A stretch of 64,000 nucleotides of DNA. Origin: a virus. Made by a program: the position numbers and the translations under genes. The DNA lies in the IMG/VR virus record IMGVR_UViG_3300020187_003193; one strand, written 5' to 3'. The notes beneath the pieces were generated by a model. The model was given only the letters and a program-made list of their open reading frames with translations. It was not told the origin of the DNA and ran no database searches. Below are positions 55,512-64,000 of the stretch, piece after piece (within the stretch, counting starts at the first letter, position 1; every line of letters starts with the position of its first letter).

Positions 55512-56321
55512 ATGTTAAATTATCAAAACACAGAGTTCAAAAGTTTAGAAAGATTAAGAGAAACAACTCCATCAATTTTTACAAAAACAAGTAGCGAAAG
55601 TACTTCAGACAAGTACACACACATTCCAACTGATACTGTAATTCGTGATTTAGAATTATTAGGATGGGGAGTAGTTGATGCTAAAGAAGTTAAAGCAAGA
55701 AAAGATACAACTAAAGGTTTCCAAAAGCACTTAGTAGTACTTAGAAACCCAGATGTAGTAATTGATGGTGCAGATGGTGATACAGTTTACCCACAAATTT
55801 TATTAACTAATAGCCACGATGGTAAAAATTCATTTTCATTCCAAGCAGGATTGTTCAGATGTATATGTGAAAACGGATTAGTTATAGCAACTACACAATT
55901 CGAAAGCCATAAAGTAAGACATATGGGTTATGATTTCGAAGCGTTACAAGAAGTAATTAAATCATTAGTTGAAAAATTACCATTAACTGTTGAATCAATG
56001 AATAAAATGAAAGCAACGGAATTAACTCAAACTCAAGCATTCGAATTTGCTACCGCATTATTAGAAGAAAGAGTTAAAGGTACTGATAATAAAATCACTG
56101 AGTTAGCAGTTGTAGGTGTTTTACAAACACAACGTTCACAAGATGAAGGATTAGGGCTTTGGGAAACTTTCAATCGTGTACAGGAAAACATAATGGAAGG
56201 TAATTTCCTGTACAAAACACCAAAAGGTAAGCTTAGACAAGCACGTCCAATCAAGAATTTTAAGCAAGATATGGACTTAAACCAGAAATTATACGAACGT
56301 GCCTTAGAGTTTGTAGCATAA
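55512..56321 (+). CDS. DUF932-family protein
   Basis: SDKYTHIPT, LLTNSHDG, AGLFRCICENGL, WETFNRVQEN. Confidence 0.8.
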   Translation: MLNYQNTEFKSLERLRETTPSIFTKTSSESTSDKYTHIPTDTVIRDLELLGWGVVDAKEVKARKDTTKGFQKHLVVLRNPDVVIDGADGDTVYPQILLTNSHDGKNSFSFQAGLFRCICENGLVIATTQFESHKVRHMGYDFEALQEVIKSLVEKLPLTVESMNKMKATELTQTQAFEFATALLEERVKGTDNKITELAVVGVLQTQRSQDEGLGLWETFNRVQENIMEGNFLYKTPKGKLRQARPIKNFKQDMDLNQKLYERALEFVA

Positions 56322-56330
56322 AAAAATTAA

Positions 56331-56357
56331 TTGCCCCCGAAAGGGGGCAATATTTAT
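56331..56357 (+). terminator. intrinsic terminator
   Basis: TTGCCCCC-GAAA-GGGGGCAA followed by TATTTATT. Confidence 0.8.
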
Positions 56358-56378
56358 TAATATATAATTATATTTCAT

Positions 56379-56900
56379 ATGACACCACAAGAAACTGAAA
56401 AAATTAAATTAATGCAGTTATTTAAGCAAGGTAAAATCGATACATTACCCGATGTAGATAGTGATGCATATAAAGCCTCAAAAGTAAAAGATATGATGTC
56501 TAAAGCAAACACAAATGAATCTAATATTGAAGAAATGACTCGTGATACATTTGAACGTATGGATGGTTTAGTTAGTCAAACTTTATTAAAGGAATTTTTA
56601 AATACCTTTGAAGAAATCTATAGTGATTATCATGAAAGTGGGGATCCATTTGATTCTAGTGAGGTAATAGATTATTTAAGTATTATGATGCAAAATCGTG
56701 CTGAAGATGCTAGATTAGATTCTAGTTTCCCTACAAACGAAGCCTCTAAACCAGGTTACCACGCAGATGGAACACCAAAATCAGATGCTGAAATGGATGA
56801 TGATGAAAGAGAACAATTTTATCTTGATTTAGACGACGTTAACGAAGAAACAGTTGACGAAGGTGTAAAATGGATGAAACGTTTTAGTGGAGTAAAATAA
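56379..56900 (+). CDS. acidic hypothetical protein (possible internal head protein)
   Basis: ATATTTAT at 56350; several x-N/D-E sites; C-terminal WMKRFSGVK. Confidence 0.55.
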   Translation: MTPQETEKIKLMQLFKQGKIDTLPDVDSDAYKASKVKDMMSKANTNESNIEEMTRDTFERMDGLVSQTLLKEFLNTFEEIYSDYHESGDPFDSSEVIDYLSIMMQNRAEDARLDSSFPTNEASKPGYHADGTPKSDAEMDDDEREQFYLDLDDVNEETVDEGVKWMKRFSGVK

Positions 56901-56923
56901 GCTAAAAATATCTATAAAAACGT

Positions 56924-56954
56924 TAGGCTGCCGTAGGCAGCCTTCGTATATTTA
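56924..56954 (+). promoter_or_regulatory. class I promoter with 8-bp hairpin
   Basis: TAGG-N19-TATATTTA; AGGCTGCC-GTA-GGCAGCCT. Confidence 0.75.
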
Positions 56955-56979
56955 TGTATTGAAATAAAAAGGTTATATT

Positions 56980-57381
56980 ATGGCATTGTGGAAAGTAAAT
57001 AATGAGATAGTTTATAGTGAAAACGCATTATCCCTATCTCCAAACGAAGCAAATGGAACAATGATTACAAGGCACTTCTATAAAGTCCCTAAATCAAATG
57101 TACGAGGTGGTTTCCTAACTAATGAAAAAGGTACATTTCATACTCCATCTTGGATTAAAGTACACCCTAAAACAACATTAAACGATATAATATTTCCTGA
57201 AATAAAGGTTGCTAAAGCAAAGGAAAAGCGTATCATCGAATTCGCATCATCTAGTAGCGATAAAAAATATTACGTTACAGTTATAGACTCTAAAACAATT
57301 AAATGTTCTTGCCCGGGTTCATGGAGAAGCAATGGCAATTGTAAGCACATTAAGGAAGTTAGAGAAAGTTTAACTAAATAA
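56980..57381 (+). CDS. SWIM zinc-finger protein
   Basis: YYVTV...CSCPG...CKHI. Confidence 0.75.
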   Translation: MALWKVNNEIVYSENALSLSPNEANGTMITRHFYKVPKSNVRGGFLTNEKGTFHTPSWIKVHPKTTLNDIIFPEIKVAKAKEKRIIEFASSSSDKKYYVTVIDSKTIKCSCPGSWRSNGNCKHIKEVRESLTK

Positions 57382-57387
57382 TATTAA

Positions 57388-57969
57388 ATGAGAAAATCAA
57401 CCAAAATTGTTCTATCATTATTATTGGTATCATTAGTAATAAGTGCCTATACAGCCCTTACATTACCAAAACAAGAACCCATTGTAGTAAAACAAATCCC
57501 ACTACAACCAATATCAGTTAAAATTGAAATTAAAAGCGAACTACCTGTGATTAAAAACCATACAGCATTTTTAGATGCGATTGGGCATTATGAGAGTAGT
57601 AATCGATATGATATCGTTAATCGCTTTGGTTACATGGGTAGATACCAATTTGGTAAGTCAACACTTAAATCACTAGGTATAAATGTATCACGTAAAACGT
57701 TCTTAAATAGTCCTCATTTACAAGAAGAAGCTATGGATAGATTGTTAACTGAAAATTACAAGTCACTAAGACGCTATCTAAAAAAATATGATGGTAAAGT
57801 AGTACATGGTGTATTTGTAACCAAATCAGGTACATTAGCAGCAGCACATTTAGTAGGTGCAGGTGCAGTTAGTAAATGGTTTAGACGTGGTACACAAGCT
57901 AAAGATGGTAATGGAACCCGTTTAACAACTTATATGAAAGTATTTGCTAATTACGATTTAGATATATAA
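57388..57969 (+). CDS. membrane-anchored lysozyme-like/transglycosylase protein
   Basis: N-terminal TM helix; FLDAIGHYESS...GYMGRYQFG; LAAAHLVGAG. Confidence 0.65.
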   Translation: MRKSTKIVLSLLLVSLVISAYTALTLPKQEPIVVKQIPLQPISVKIEIKSELPVIKNHTAFLDAIGHYESSNRYDIVNRFGYMGRYQFGKSTLKSLGINVSRKTFLNSPHLQEEAMDRLLTENYKSLRRYLKKYDGKVVHGVFVTKSGTLAAAHLVGAGAVSKWFRRGTQAKDGNGTRLTTYMKVFANYDLDI

Positions 57970-57981
57970 ATAAAATAAGTT

Positions 57982-58230
57982 ATGAAAGAACAAGATTTAA
58001 TAGATTTAGGATTTGAAAGATATGATATATCAGCAGAAGAATCAGGAGATAAACCTTACTTCTACTTCACATATAACATTACAGATGAATTATGTTTGAT
58101 ATCAACTGATAATGATGAAGCTAAAAGAAGGGGATGGTATGTAGAATTATTTGATTATGAGAATATTGAAATTAGCAACCTAGAAGACTTAAAAACTCTT
58201 ATTAGTGTTATAGAAAGAAATAAGTTATGA
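57982..58230 (+). CDS. hypothetical protein
   Basis: 82-aa ORF; AAGTTATG start context. Confidence 0.6.
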   Translation: MKEQDLIDLGFERYDISAEESGDKPYFYFTYNITDELCLISTDNDEAKRRGWYVELFDYENIEISNLEDLKTLISVIERNKL

Positions 58231-58529
58231 AAGTAGGTAGTTACGTAATATGTGTAGACGATAGTTTTTCAGCGGAACAAATGTCTAAACTAAGTCGAAT
58301 ACCTAAAAAGGACGACTACTATACTATTAGAGATGTAGTTGAGTATCCTAAATACAATAGGATAGGTGTTCGTTTAGAGGAAATAAGTAATCCTGAAATT
58401 GAGATGGATGGTGGTATGCATGAACCAACTTTCAATATATTTAGGTTCGCCGAATTAGATGTTCCACCTTCACTTGAAGCTGAAATTGAAAACCTAATAT
58501 CAACTGATATAGAAATAGAAACATTATGA
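58227..58529 (+). CDS. hypothetical protein
   Basis: 100-aa coupled ORF. Confidence 0.6.
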   Translation: MKVGSYVICVDDSFSAEQMSKLSRIPKKDDYYTIRDVVEYPKYNRIGVRLEEISNPEIEMDGGMHEPTFNIFRFAELDVPPSLEAEIENLISTDIEIETL

Positions 58530-58747
58530 CAACTAATTACTTAGAGAAGTTCATACTCAACTCAGTTAGAAAATATGTTCCTGAAGGAATACATCCTGAA
58601 CTTCATATCAATTGCCAAGCACAAATGTATGAGATTATAATGACACTTATAAAGGAAGACAAAACTCCCGCGAAGTTGTCAGTAGTCATATATTTATCGA
58701 AGTCATATAAAGACATTTTATATTCGAAATATTCACAACTAAATTAA
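58526..58747 (+). CDS. hypothetical protein
   Basis: 73-aa coupled ORF. Confidence 0.5.
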   Translation: MTTNYLEKFILNSVRKYVPEGIHPELHINCQAQMYEIIMTLIKEDKTPAKLSVVIYLSKSYKDILYSKYSQLN

Positions 58748-58751
58748 ATTT

Positions 58752-59039
58752 ATGAAAACATTATTAATTGTATTATTAGTATTAGCGGTTGCAGCTGGAG
58801 CAGTTTATGTCGCTACAAAGTATTTTAAATCCTTCAAAGACGAAGACAAAGATGGAATTCCAGACGTAGTTGAAGACAAATATGAAGACGTAAAAGAAGA
58901 CGTTGAAGATGCTATCGAAGACGTTAAAGAATTTGCTGAAAAAGCAAAAGACAAAGTAGAAGACATCGTTGAAGAGGTTAAAGACTTACCTAAAAAGGTA
59001 ACTCGTAAGAAACCGGGACGCGCTACTAAGAAAAAATAA
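58752..59039 (+). CDS. membrane-anchored charged protein
   Basis: N-terminal TM helix, DKDGIPD, helical E/D/K tail. Confidence 0.6.
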   Translation: MKTLLIVLLVLAVAAGAVYVATKYFKSFKDEDKDGIPDVVEDKYEDVKEDVEDAIEDVKEFAEKAKDKVEDIVEEVKDLPKKVTRKKPGRATKKK

Positions 59040-59042
59040 TCG

Positions 59043-59645
59043 ATGAATAAGTTTTTATTGACAATATTGGCTATGGCTACCTTTATAGGTGGCCATTCCC
59101 AGACTTTGCGAAACAAAGTTACAACTGGAAATGATGTATTCACTGTAGTATATTCTGAATTCTTAGAACAACCCTTAAATGTAAAATATAGTATTACAAA
59201 CCCAAACGGGACAGCGTCACGTAAGGGAATGAATTTCTATAAAAACGATTCAATCCACACTTCAGATAACGATGACTACAAATACAATGAGTGGGATAAA
59301 GGACATATGGCACCCGCTGCTGACTTTGTAGAATCAAGAGATAAACTATATAAAACATTCTCCTACCTAAATTCAGCATTACAACATAAATCACTCAATC
59401 GTGGTGAATGGAAATCATTAGAGACATTTGAGAGATTATTATGGGTTGAAAAAGGAAAAATTGATGTTGAAATTGAAATTATATTTGAACCTGTACCCTT
59501 TAGAGTAGAAGCAGGTGCTGCTATACCAACAGCATTTAAAAAACACTTAGTGTATAAAGATGGAGCGTTATGTTTCTTCTTTCCAAATATAGTTCCTGAA
59601 CATGAAGGGTTCGAACATTATAAAATAGAATGTGAAAAACATTAA
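59043..59645 (+). CDS. exported DNA/RNA non-specific endonuclease (NucA/Serratia type)
   Basis: Signal peptide then Q; DKGHMAPA; NSALQHKSLNRGEW; IPTAFKK. Confidence 0.85.
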   Translation: MNKFLLTILAMATFIGGHSQTLRNKVTTGNDVFTVVYSEFLEQPLNVKYSITNPNGTASRKGMNFYKNDSIHTSDNDDYKYNEWDKGHMAPAADFVESRDKLYKTFSYLNSALQHKSLNRGEWKSLETFERLLWVEKGKIDVEIEIIFEPVPFRVEAGAAIPTAFKKHLVYKDGALCFFFPNIVPEHEGFEHYKIECEKH

Positions 59646-59652
59646 AATAAAC

Positions 59653-59683
59653 TTGGCTCCGTAATGGAGCCTTTTTATATTCA
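59653..59683 (+). promoter_or_regulatory. class I promoter fused to terminator-like hairpin
   Basis: TTGG-N19-TATATTCA; GGCTCC-GTAAT-GGAGCC followed by TTTTT. Confidence 0.75.
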
Positions 59684-59710
59684 CATATATTAATCATAAA
59701 ACAATAAACA

Positions 59711-59917
59711 ATGTCGTATTTTTCAGTATTAGTTGAGTTGGAAGGCGAACCAAAACGAAATGGTGCCCCAACTAAAGTCCGCGAGATGTATTTAGTAGAT
59801 TCTATGTCAGTAACTGAGGCAGAAGCAAAAACCGTAAAAAAATTACGAGACGAGGGAACACTTACAGATTTCCAAGTAACTAAAGTAACGGAAACTAAAT
59901 ATTTAGACATACTATAA
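59711..59917 (+). CDS. DUF4494-like protein
   Basis: EMYLVDSMSVTEAEAK pattern typical of a Bacteroidota family. Confidence 0.65.
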   Translation: MSYFSVLVELEGEPKRNGAPTKVREMYLVDSMSVTEAEAKTVKKLRDEGTLTDFQVTKVTETKYLDIL

Positions 59918-60060
59918 TGAGTAAACATTCAGCAAAACAAAATTACGAACAAGTAATGGAATGGTTAGAGACAGTTAAACGTCCTAAAAAAACATCTACA
60001 CCTGCTTCATTCCAAAAACAAAGTAGATTAGACTATTACAAACAAAAAGGTAATAAGTAA
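59917..60060 (+). CDS. small basic protein, 47 aa (not in ORF track)
   Basis: MSKHSAKQNYEQVMEWLETVKRPKK...; TAATG coupling. Confidence 0.5.
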   Translation: MSKHSAKQNYEQVMEWLETVKRPKKTSTPASFQKQSRLDYYKQKGNK

Positions 60061-60145
60061 TTAAATTTATAATATTTATTAATGATATTTCGATAGTTTG
60101 AAATACAAAAAATAATTAAAATTTAAACTTATAAAATCAAAAACA

Positions 60146-60403
60146 ATGGCTTATTTTCACGCAGTAAATACAGGAAAAGGATTCATTACTCACGCTGATA
60201 GCGAATTATCTCATGTGGCAGGATATCCTGGGGATGTGTGGGTGACAGAAAACACAACATGGGCAACTAGAGTAGGGGCTACATCTAAAACAAAAGAAGA
60301 AGCCCAAGCATTAGTTAATGCTGCTATAGAAGGTCAAGTATATGACGAAGACTTCCCTCATGAAGAATTAAGAGGACAACAAATCACTTCTATCCTTCCT
60401 TAA
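60146..60403 (+). CDS. hypothetical protein
   Basis: 85 aa; ATATTTAT at 60072. Confidence 0.6.
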   Translation: MAYFHAVNTGKGFITHADSELSHVAGYPGDVWVTENTTWATRVGATSKTKEEAQALVNAAIEGQVYDEDFPHEELRGQQITSILP

Positions 60404-60473
60404 AAAATAAGTAGGAATATTAGATTAAATATTATATATTACAATATAAACAAAATAAAATAAAGTTATACAA

Positions 60474-61196
60474 ATGTCCGAAAATAAACAAGCAACAGAT
60501 CTTACTATTACAGATGATCTAAAACCAATTTTATCAATTTTAAAAGAAGAAGATGCTAAAGCCATAATAGCATTACAAGAAGAATTAACAGATACTTGGA
60601 CTAAAAAACAAGTTTTTAGAACTGAAACAGAAATGAGAATTTCAGTTTTGAATGACGGTAAGCACCCCACACAAGCCTCTAAATATTGGCAATCTATAAG
60701 GGAGCAAAATGGTATGTTTGAATCTGTTTTAACAACGGCTTTTGACTTACGTCGAAATACAGTTAAAAGATTAAAATTAGAACGTAAAATGGAAAAGGCT
60801 ATACAGGATGGGGACGAAATTAAACAAATGGAAATCCAAATTGATTTAGATGAAAACTTATATCAAAAAGTGGGAATGGAACAATCTACACATGACCGTA
60901 TTCGCGAAATAAAACTATGGTCTCAAATTAAAGAAGAATTAAATGATGGCTCATTTAATGATAAAGATGTAAATGCCCATCAAGCTGAAACTTTCCAATT
61001 TGCCCTCCAAAATAGAGTTAATTCTTTAGGACCTAACTCAAATCAAGGAGAAGTACTAAATGCTGTAGGTCCCTTACAAACAATAGAAAGATTAAAAACA
61101 GAAGATGGTAAGTTATTAAACTTTAAAGAAGCTAAGGAGGCCTTGCTACTTCAAGCTCAAGAACAACAAAAACAACTAGAACAATCTAAAGAATAG
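60474..61196 (+). CDS. coiled-coil hypothetical phage protein
   Basis: FRTETEMRISVLNDGKHPTQASKYWQSIREQ motif. Confidence 0.65.
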   Translation: MSENKQATDLTITDDLKPILSILKEEDAKAIIALQEELTDTWTKKQVFRTETEMRISVLNDGKHPTQASKYWQSIREQNGMFESVLTTAFDLRRNTVKRLKLERKMEKAIQDGDEIKQMEIQIDLDENLYQKVGMEQSTHDRIREIKLWSQIKEELNDGSFNDKDVNAHQAETFQFALQNRVNSLGPNSNQGEVLNAVGPLQTIERLKTEDGKLLNFKEAKEALLLQAQEQQKQLEQSKE

Positions 61197-61201
61197 ATAA
61201 T

Positions 61202-61789
61202 ATGTTTTTATATTCTAAAGAAGGTGCACTATCACCCGAGTTATGTAACTCTTTTATAGAGACATTTGAAGCATCAGACGAAAAAAAACCTGGTGTTTTG
61301 TATGGAGCTAACGGGCAATCTTCTACAGATTCAAAAAAATCAACTGACATAACATTTCACCCTGGATATTTGCAACACAATATCTGGGGTTCTTTGTTAT
61401 CTCAATTGGTAAAGGTAGTAGAAAAAGGCAAAGAAGACTATATAGTAAGACACCAACTTGCAATGAGCAAGTTAGATCCATTTCAAATGTCACCTTTATT
61501 CAATATGCAAAGATATGAACCTAGTGAAGGCTTTCATGGCTACCATTGTGAAAGAGCTAGTTTAGAATATTCAAATAGAGTGTTGGTTTGGATGATATAC
61601 CTAAATACAGTTACAGATAGAGGAGAAACAGAATTTTATTATCAACATCATTTTGAAACCCCAATACAAGGTAAACTAGTAATATGGCCTTCAGATTGGA
61701 CTTACCTACATAGAGGTATAGCTTCACAAACACAAACAAAATATATCTTAACAGGATGGTATGACCATATTGAAATACCTAAAAATTAA
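61202..61789 (+). CDS. 2OG-Fe(II) oxygenase
   Basis: FHGYHCE, WMIYLN, GETEF, WPSDWTYLHRG, KYILTGW. Confidence 0.85.
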   Translation: MFLYSKEGALSPELCNSFIETFEASDEKKPGVLYGANGQSSTDSKKSTDITFHPGYLQHNIWGSLLSQLVKVVEKGKEDYIVRHQLAMSKLDPFQMSPLFNMQRYEPSEGFHGYHCERASLEYSNRVLVWMIYLNTVTDRGETEFYYQHHFETPIQGKLVIWPSDWTYLHRGIASQTQTKYILTGWYDHIEIPKN

Positions 61790-61814
61790 AATGTTTTAAA
61801 AATAAATAAATGTT

Positions 61815-62408
61815 ATGTTGAAATTTTACCCAAAACAATCAGTATTATTCCCAACCCCAATGTGGGAGGTACCCATCGAAAATGTTGATAACTTATCAAT
61901 AAAAGAATATATCTTAAAATTAAGACAAACAGATCCCGGAGTAGAAATTTCTAATAAGGGTGGGTGGCATTCCAACGACATACATCACCCTTTACCCCCT
62001 GCTTTAGAAGAACTTATTAGTGATTTAACTCTATTTATAAATGACTATTGTAAGCAAACTACAGATATAGATGATTTAGTATTGGGAAATTGGTGGGTAA
62101 ATATTAATGGGAAAAATGATTACAACATCCCTCATGACCATCAAAATTCTGTACTATCCGCTGTTTATTATGTAGAAGTACCCAACCCTAATACTGGTGA
62201 TCTAATTATTCATAGAGACGATAATTCACGTTTCTTTTTAGGTAAGTATAGAAAAAATAAAACCCATTTTAGTTCACATAGTTATAGTATCTCTCCCAAT
62301 ACAGGACAAGTAATAATTTTTCCCTCTTGGATGAAACACTCTGTAGAAAAAAATAATTCAGATGCTGAGCGCATTTCTATTGCATTTAATTTTGTAATAC
62401 AAGGTTAA
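61815..62408 (+). CDS. putative 2OG-Fe(II) oxygenase (TIGR02466-like)
   Basis: SNKGGWHS, WVNIN, PHDH, SAVYYV, FPSWMKHSV, RISIAFN. Confidence 0.82.
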   Translation: MLKFYPKQSVLFPTPMWEVPIENVDNLSIKEYILKLRQTDPGVEISNKGGWHSNDIHHPLPPALEELISDLTLFINDYCKQTTDIDDLVLGNWWVNINGKNDYNIPHDHQNSVLSAVYYVEVPNPNTGDLIIHRDDNSRFFLGKYRKNKTHFSSHSYSISPNTGQVIIFPSWMKHSVEKNNSDAERISIAFNFVIQG

Positions 62409-62453
62409 ATCATTATATTAGTAAAATTATACACTATTAAATTTTAATTTATT

Positions 62454-63095
62454 ATGCCAATCGATTATCAAATCCACGGAATATTTCCAACACCAATTTT
62501 AACTACCATCCTCCCCCAGGAATTAGGAGAGGTTGTACCTTGGTTTTACAAACAAGAAATGGAAACTGACAAAGAAAGCAGTGAAGAGTATGGTGAACGT
62601 TCTAAAAATAGTTATATATTAAATGAACCTGAATGTGCCCAATTAGGAAATTATATATTAAATATAGCCTACGAATTTGGCAAAACCTCAGGATTTGATT
62701 ATAACTCATACAAATTCAGCCAATCCTGGATATCCTATAAATACCCAGGCCAATACCATACGGTACATACTCACCCAAATAGTCTAATTTCAGGAGTACT
62801 TTATTTTGGAGAACCTGTAGAAGAAACACCAGCAGTAAAATTTCATAAACCTATAATGGGTGTGAATGTTTCTCATATATCTCCTAAAATGTTAGCAGAT
62901 AAAAGAGAATCAAAATATGCTTGGTCTGAATTCTCTGTAGAATTTACACCTGGTCTTTTGCTTCTATTTCCATCCCATTTACATCATTCAGTTCCTTTAA
63001 ATAAAACAGATACTACACGTTGTAGTTTAGCATTCAATATTGTACCATCAATTGGATTGGGAAATGAAGAATCACTAACAGAACTTAAATTTTAA
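62454..63095 (+). CDS. putative 2OG-Fe(II) oxygenase (TIGR02466-like)
   Basis: HTVHTHPNSLISGVLY, FPSHLHHSV, RCSLAFN. Confidence 0.82.
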   Translation: MPIDYQIHGIFPTPILTTILPQELGEVVPWFYKQEMETDKESSEEYGERSKNSYILNEPECAQLGNYILNIAYEFGKTSGFDYNSYKFSQSWISYKYPGQYHTVHTHPNSLISGVLYFGEPVEETPAVKFHKPIMGVNVSHISPKMLADKRESKYAWSEFSVEFTPGLLLLFPSHLHHSVPLNKTDTTRCSLAFNIVPSIGLGNEESLTELKF

Positions 63096-63096
63096 A

Positions 63097-63978
63097 ATGG
63101 AGGAAAAATACTTTATTTGGCACATACAAGGAGGCTTAGGTAAAAATATAGCAGGGTCTGCTTTAGTAAAAACCATTAAAAATACTTATCCTGATAGAAA
63201 GCTCATTATGGTGACCTCTTGGCCAGAAATATATCTAAACAACCCAGATGTAGATAGAGTATATCAATTAGGTCAATCTCCCTATTTTTATGAAGACTAT
63301 ATCGAAGGTAAAGATGTAATTATATCTAAACACGAGCCCTATCATCAAACAACCCATATTACAAAAGAAAAACACTTACTTGAAAATTGGTGTGATCTAA
63401 TGGGATTAAAATATACAGGACAATTACCTGTTATTATACCAAATTATGCTCAAGGTCTACTTTTAGGTTTATGGCAAAGACAAAAACCCATTATGGTTAT
63501 CCAATCTGGAGGAGGACCAATGGAAGGCCAAAGATATTCATATTCTTGGACAAGGGATATTCCAATTGAAGTAGCACAAGAAATAGTTAAAAAATTTTCT
63601 CAACAATACCACATTATACAAATCACAAGACCCGATGGATATCAACTGGAAGGTGTAGAACGAATAGATCAGAAAATGTCTAATATGGAATTATTTTCTT
63701 TACTTGTTGTCTCTAAAAAACGTGTATTAATAGATTCAAGTTTACAACACGCATCTGCTGCTTTAAACTTAAAATCAACAGTTCTATGGATAGGAACTTC
63801 ACCTAAAGTATTTGGGTATGAAATGCATACTAATGTAGAGGCAAAATTACCTAAAAGAGCAAATCAACTTATAGGCTCGTACACATTTGATTTTCAATTT
63901 GAAAATAATATGCATGAGTGCCCTTATATGAATATTAATGACATTTTGGATATTAATTTAGTATTATCTTCTATATAA
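63097..63978 (+). CDS. GT9-like (heptosyltransferase-fold) glycosyltransferase
   Basis: IQGGLGKN...SAL, NNPDVD, VLIDSSLQHASAAL...VLW. Confidence 0.65.
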   Translation: MEEKYFIWHIQGGLGKNIAGSALVKTIKNTYPDRKLIMVTSWPEIYLNNPDVDRVYQLGQSPYFYEDYIEGKDVIISKHEPYHQTTHITKEKHLLENWCDLMGLKYTGQLPVIIPNYAQGLLLGLWQRQKPIMVIQSGGGPMEGQRYSYSWTRDIPIEVAQEIVKKFSQQYHIIQITRPDGYQLEGVERIDQKMSNMELFSLLVVSKKRVLIDSSLQHASAALNLKSTVLWIGTSPKVFGYEMHTNVEAKLPKRANQLIGSYTFDFQFENNMHECPYMNINDILDINLVLSSI

Positions 63979-64000
63979 TTTTTTATCTCCTATTTTATTT

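Noticed and set aside
1-64000. Stop-codon reassignment (TAG or TGA)
   Set aside because: Conserved genes are full length under code 11, and TAG/TGA end genes right where the next ORF begins; no suppressor tRNA is present in the window.

Overview
The window is a gene-dense, very AT-rich segment of a large lytic dsDNA bacteriophage. It carries T4-like replication genes (family B polymerase, putative sliding clamp, clamp-loader subunits) and a tail-fibre-like protein with a C-terminal S74 chaperone. Nearly all real genes lie on the + strand, with abutting or overlapping stop and start codons. The host is probably in Bacteroidota (inference): signal peptides are followed by Gln, there are DUF4494-like and Hc1-like genes, the promoter geometry resembles the Bacteroidota -33/-7 type, and no Shine-Dalgarno motifs are evident. 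Main modules in order: (1) a 7-deazaguanine cluster (queD, TGT/DpdA-like gene, queC, queE, folE) interrupted by two tRNAs, a candidate structured RNA and a tail fibre; (2) a family B DNA polymerase split into two genes 5.2 kb apart, with six mostly glycan-related genes between them and no intein; (3) an sHSP-GroES-GroEL-Hc1 block and clamp-loader genes; (4) a ~17.5 kb nucleotide-sugar/glycosyltransferase island with GDP-fucose genes and a possible branched-chain dideoxysugar pathway; (5) a ~6.8 kb operon of exported proteins (two CsgG-like, a cohesin/dockerin-like protein, lipoproteins, a beta-barrel-like protein, an amidase); (6) small genes behind repeated promoters; (7) a run of 2OG-Fe(II) oxygenases. 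Non-coding signals read directly from the sequence: a T(T/A)GG-N19-TAyATTnA promoter motif at 14 sites, often fused to hairpins; an ATATTTAT motif upstream of several genes; a tRNA with a CCG anticodon on a Glu-like body; and an 11-bp inverted repeat bracketing the sHSP gene. All protein family calls come from motif recognition by eye. No database search was run.
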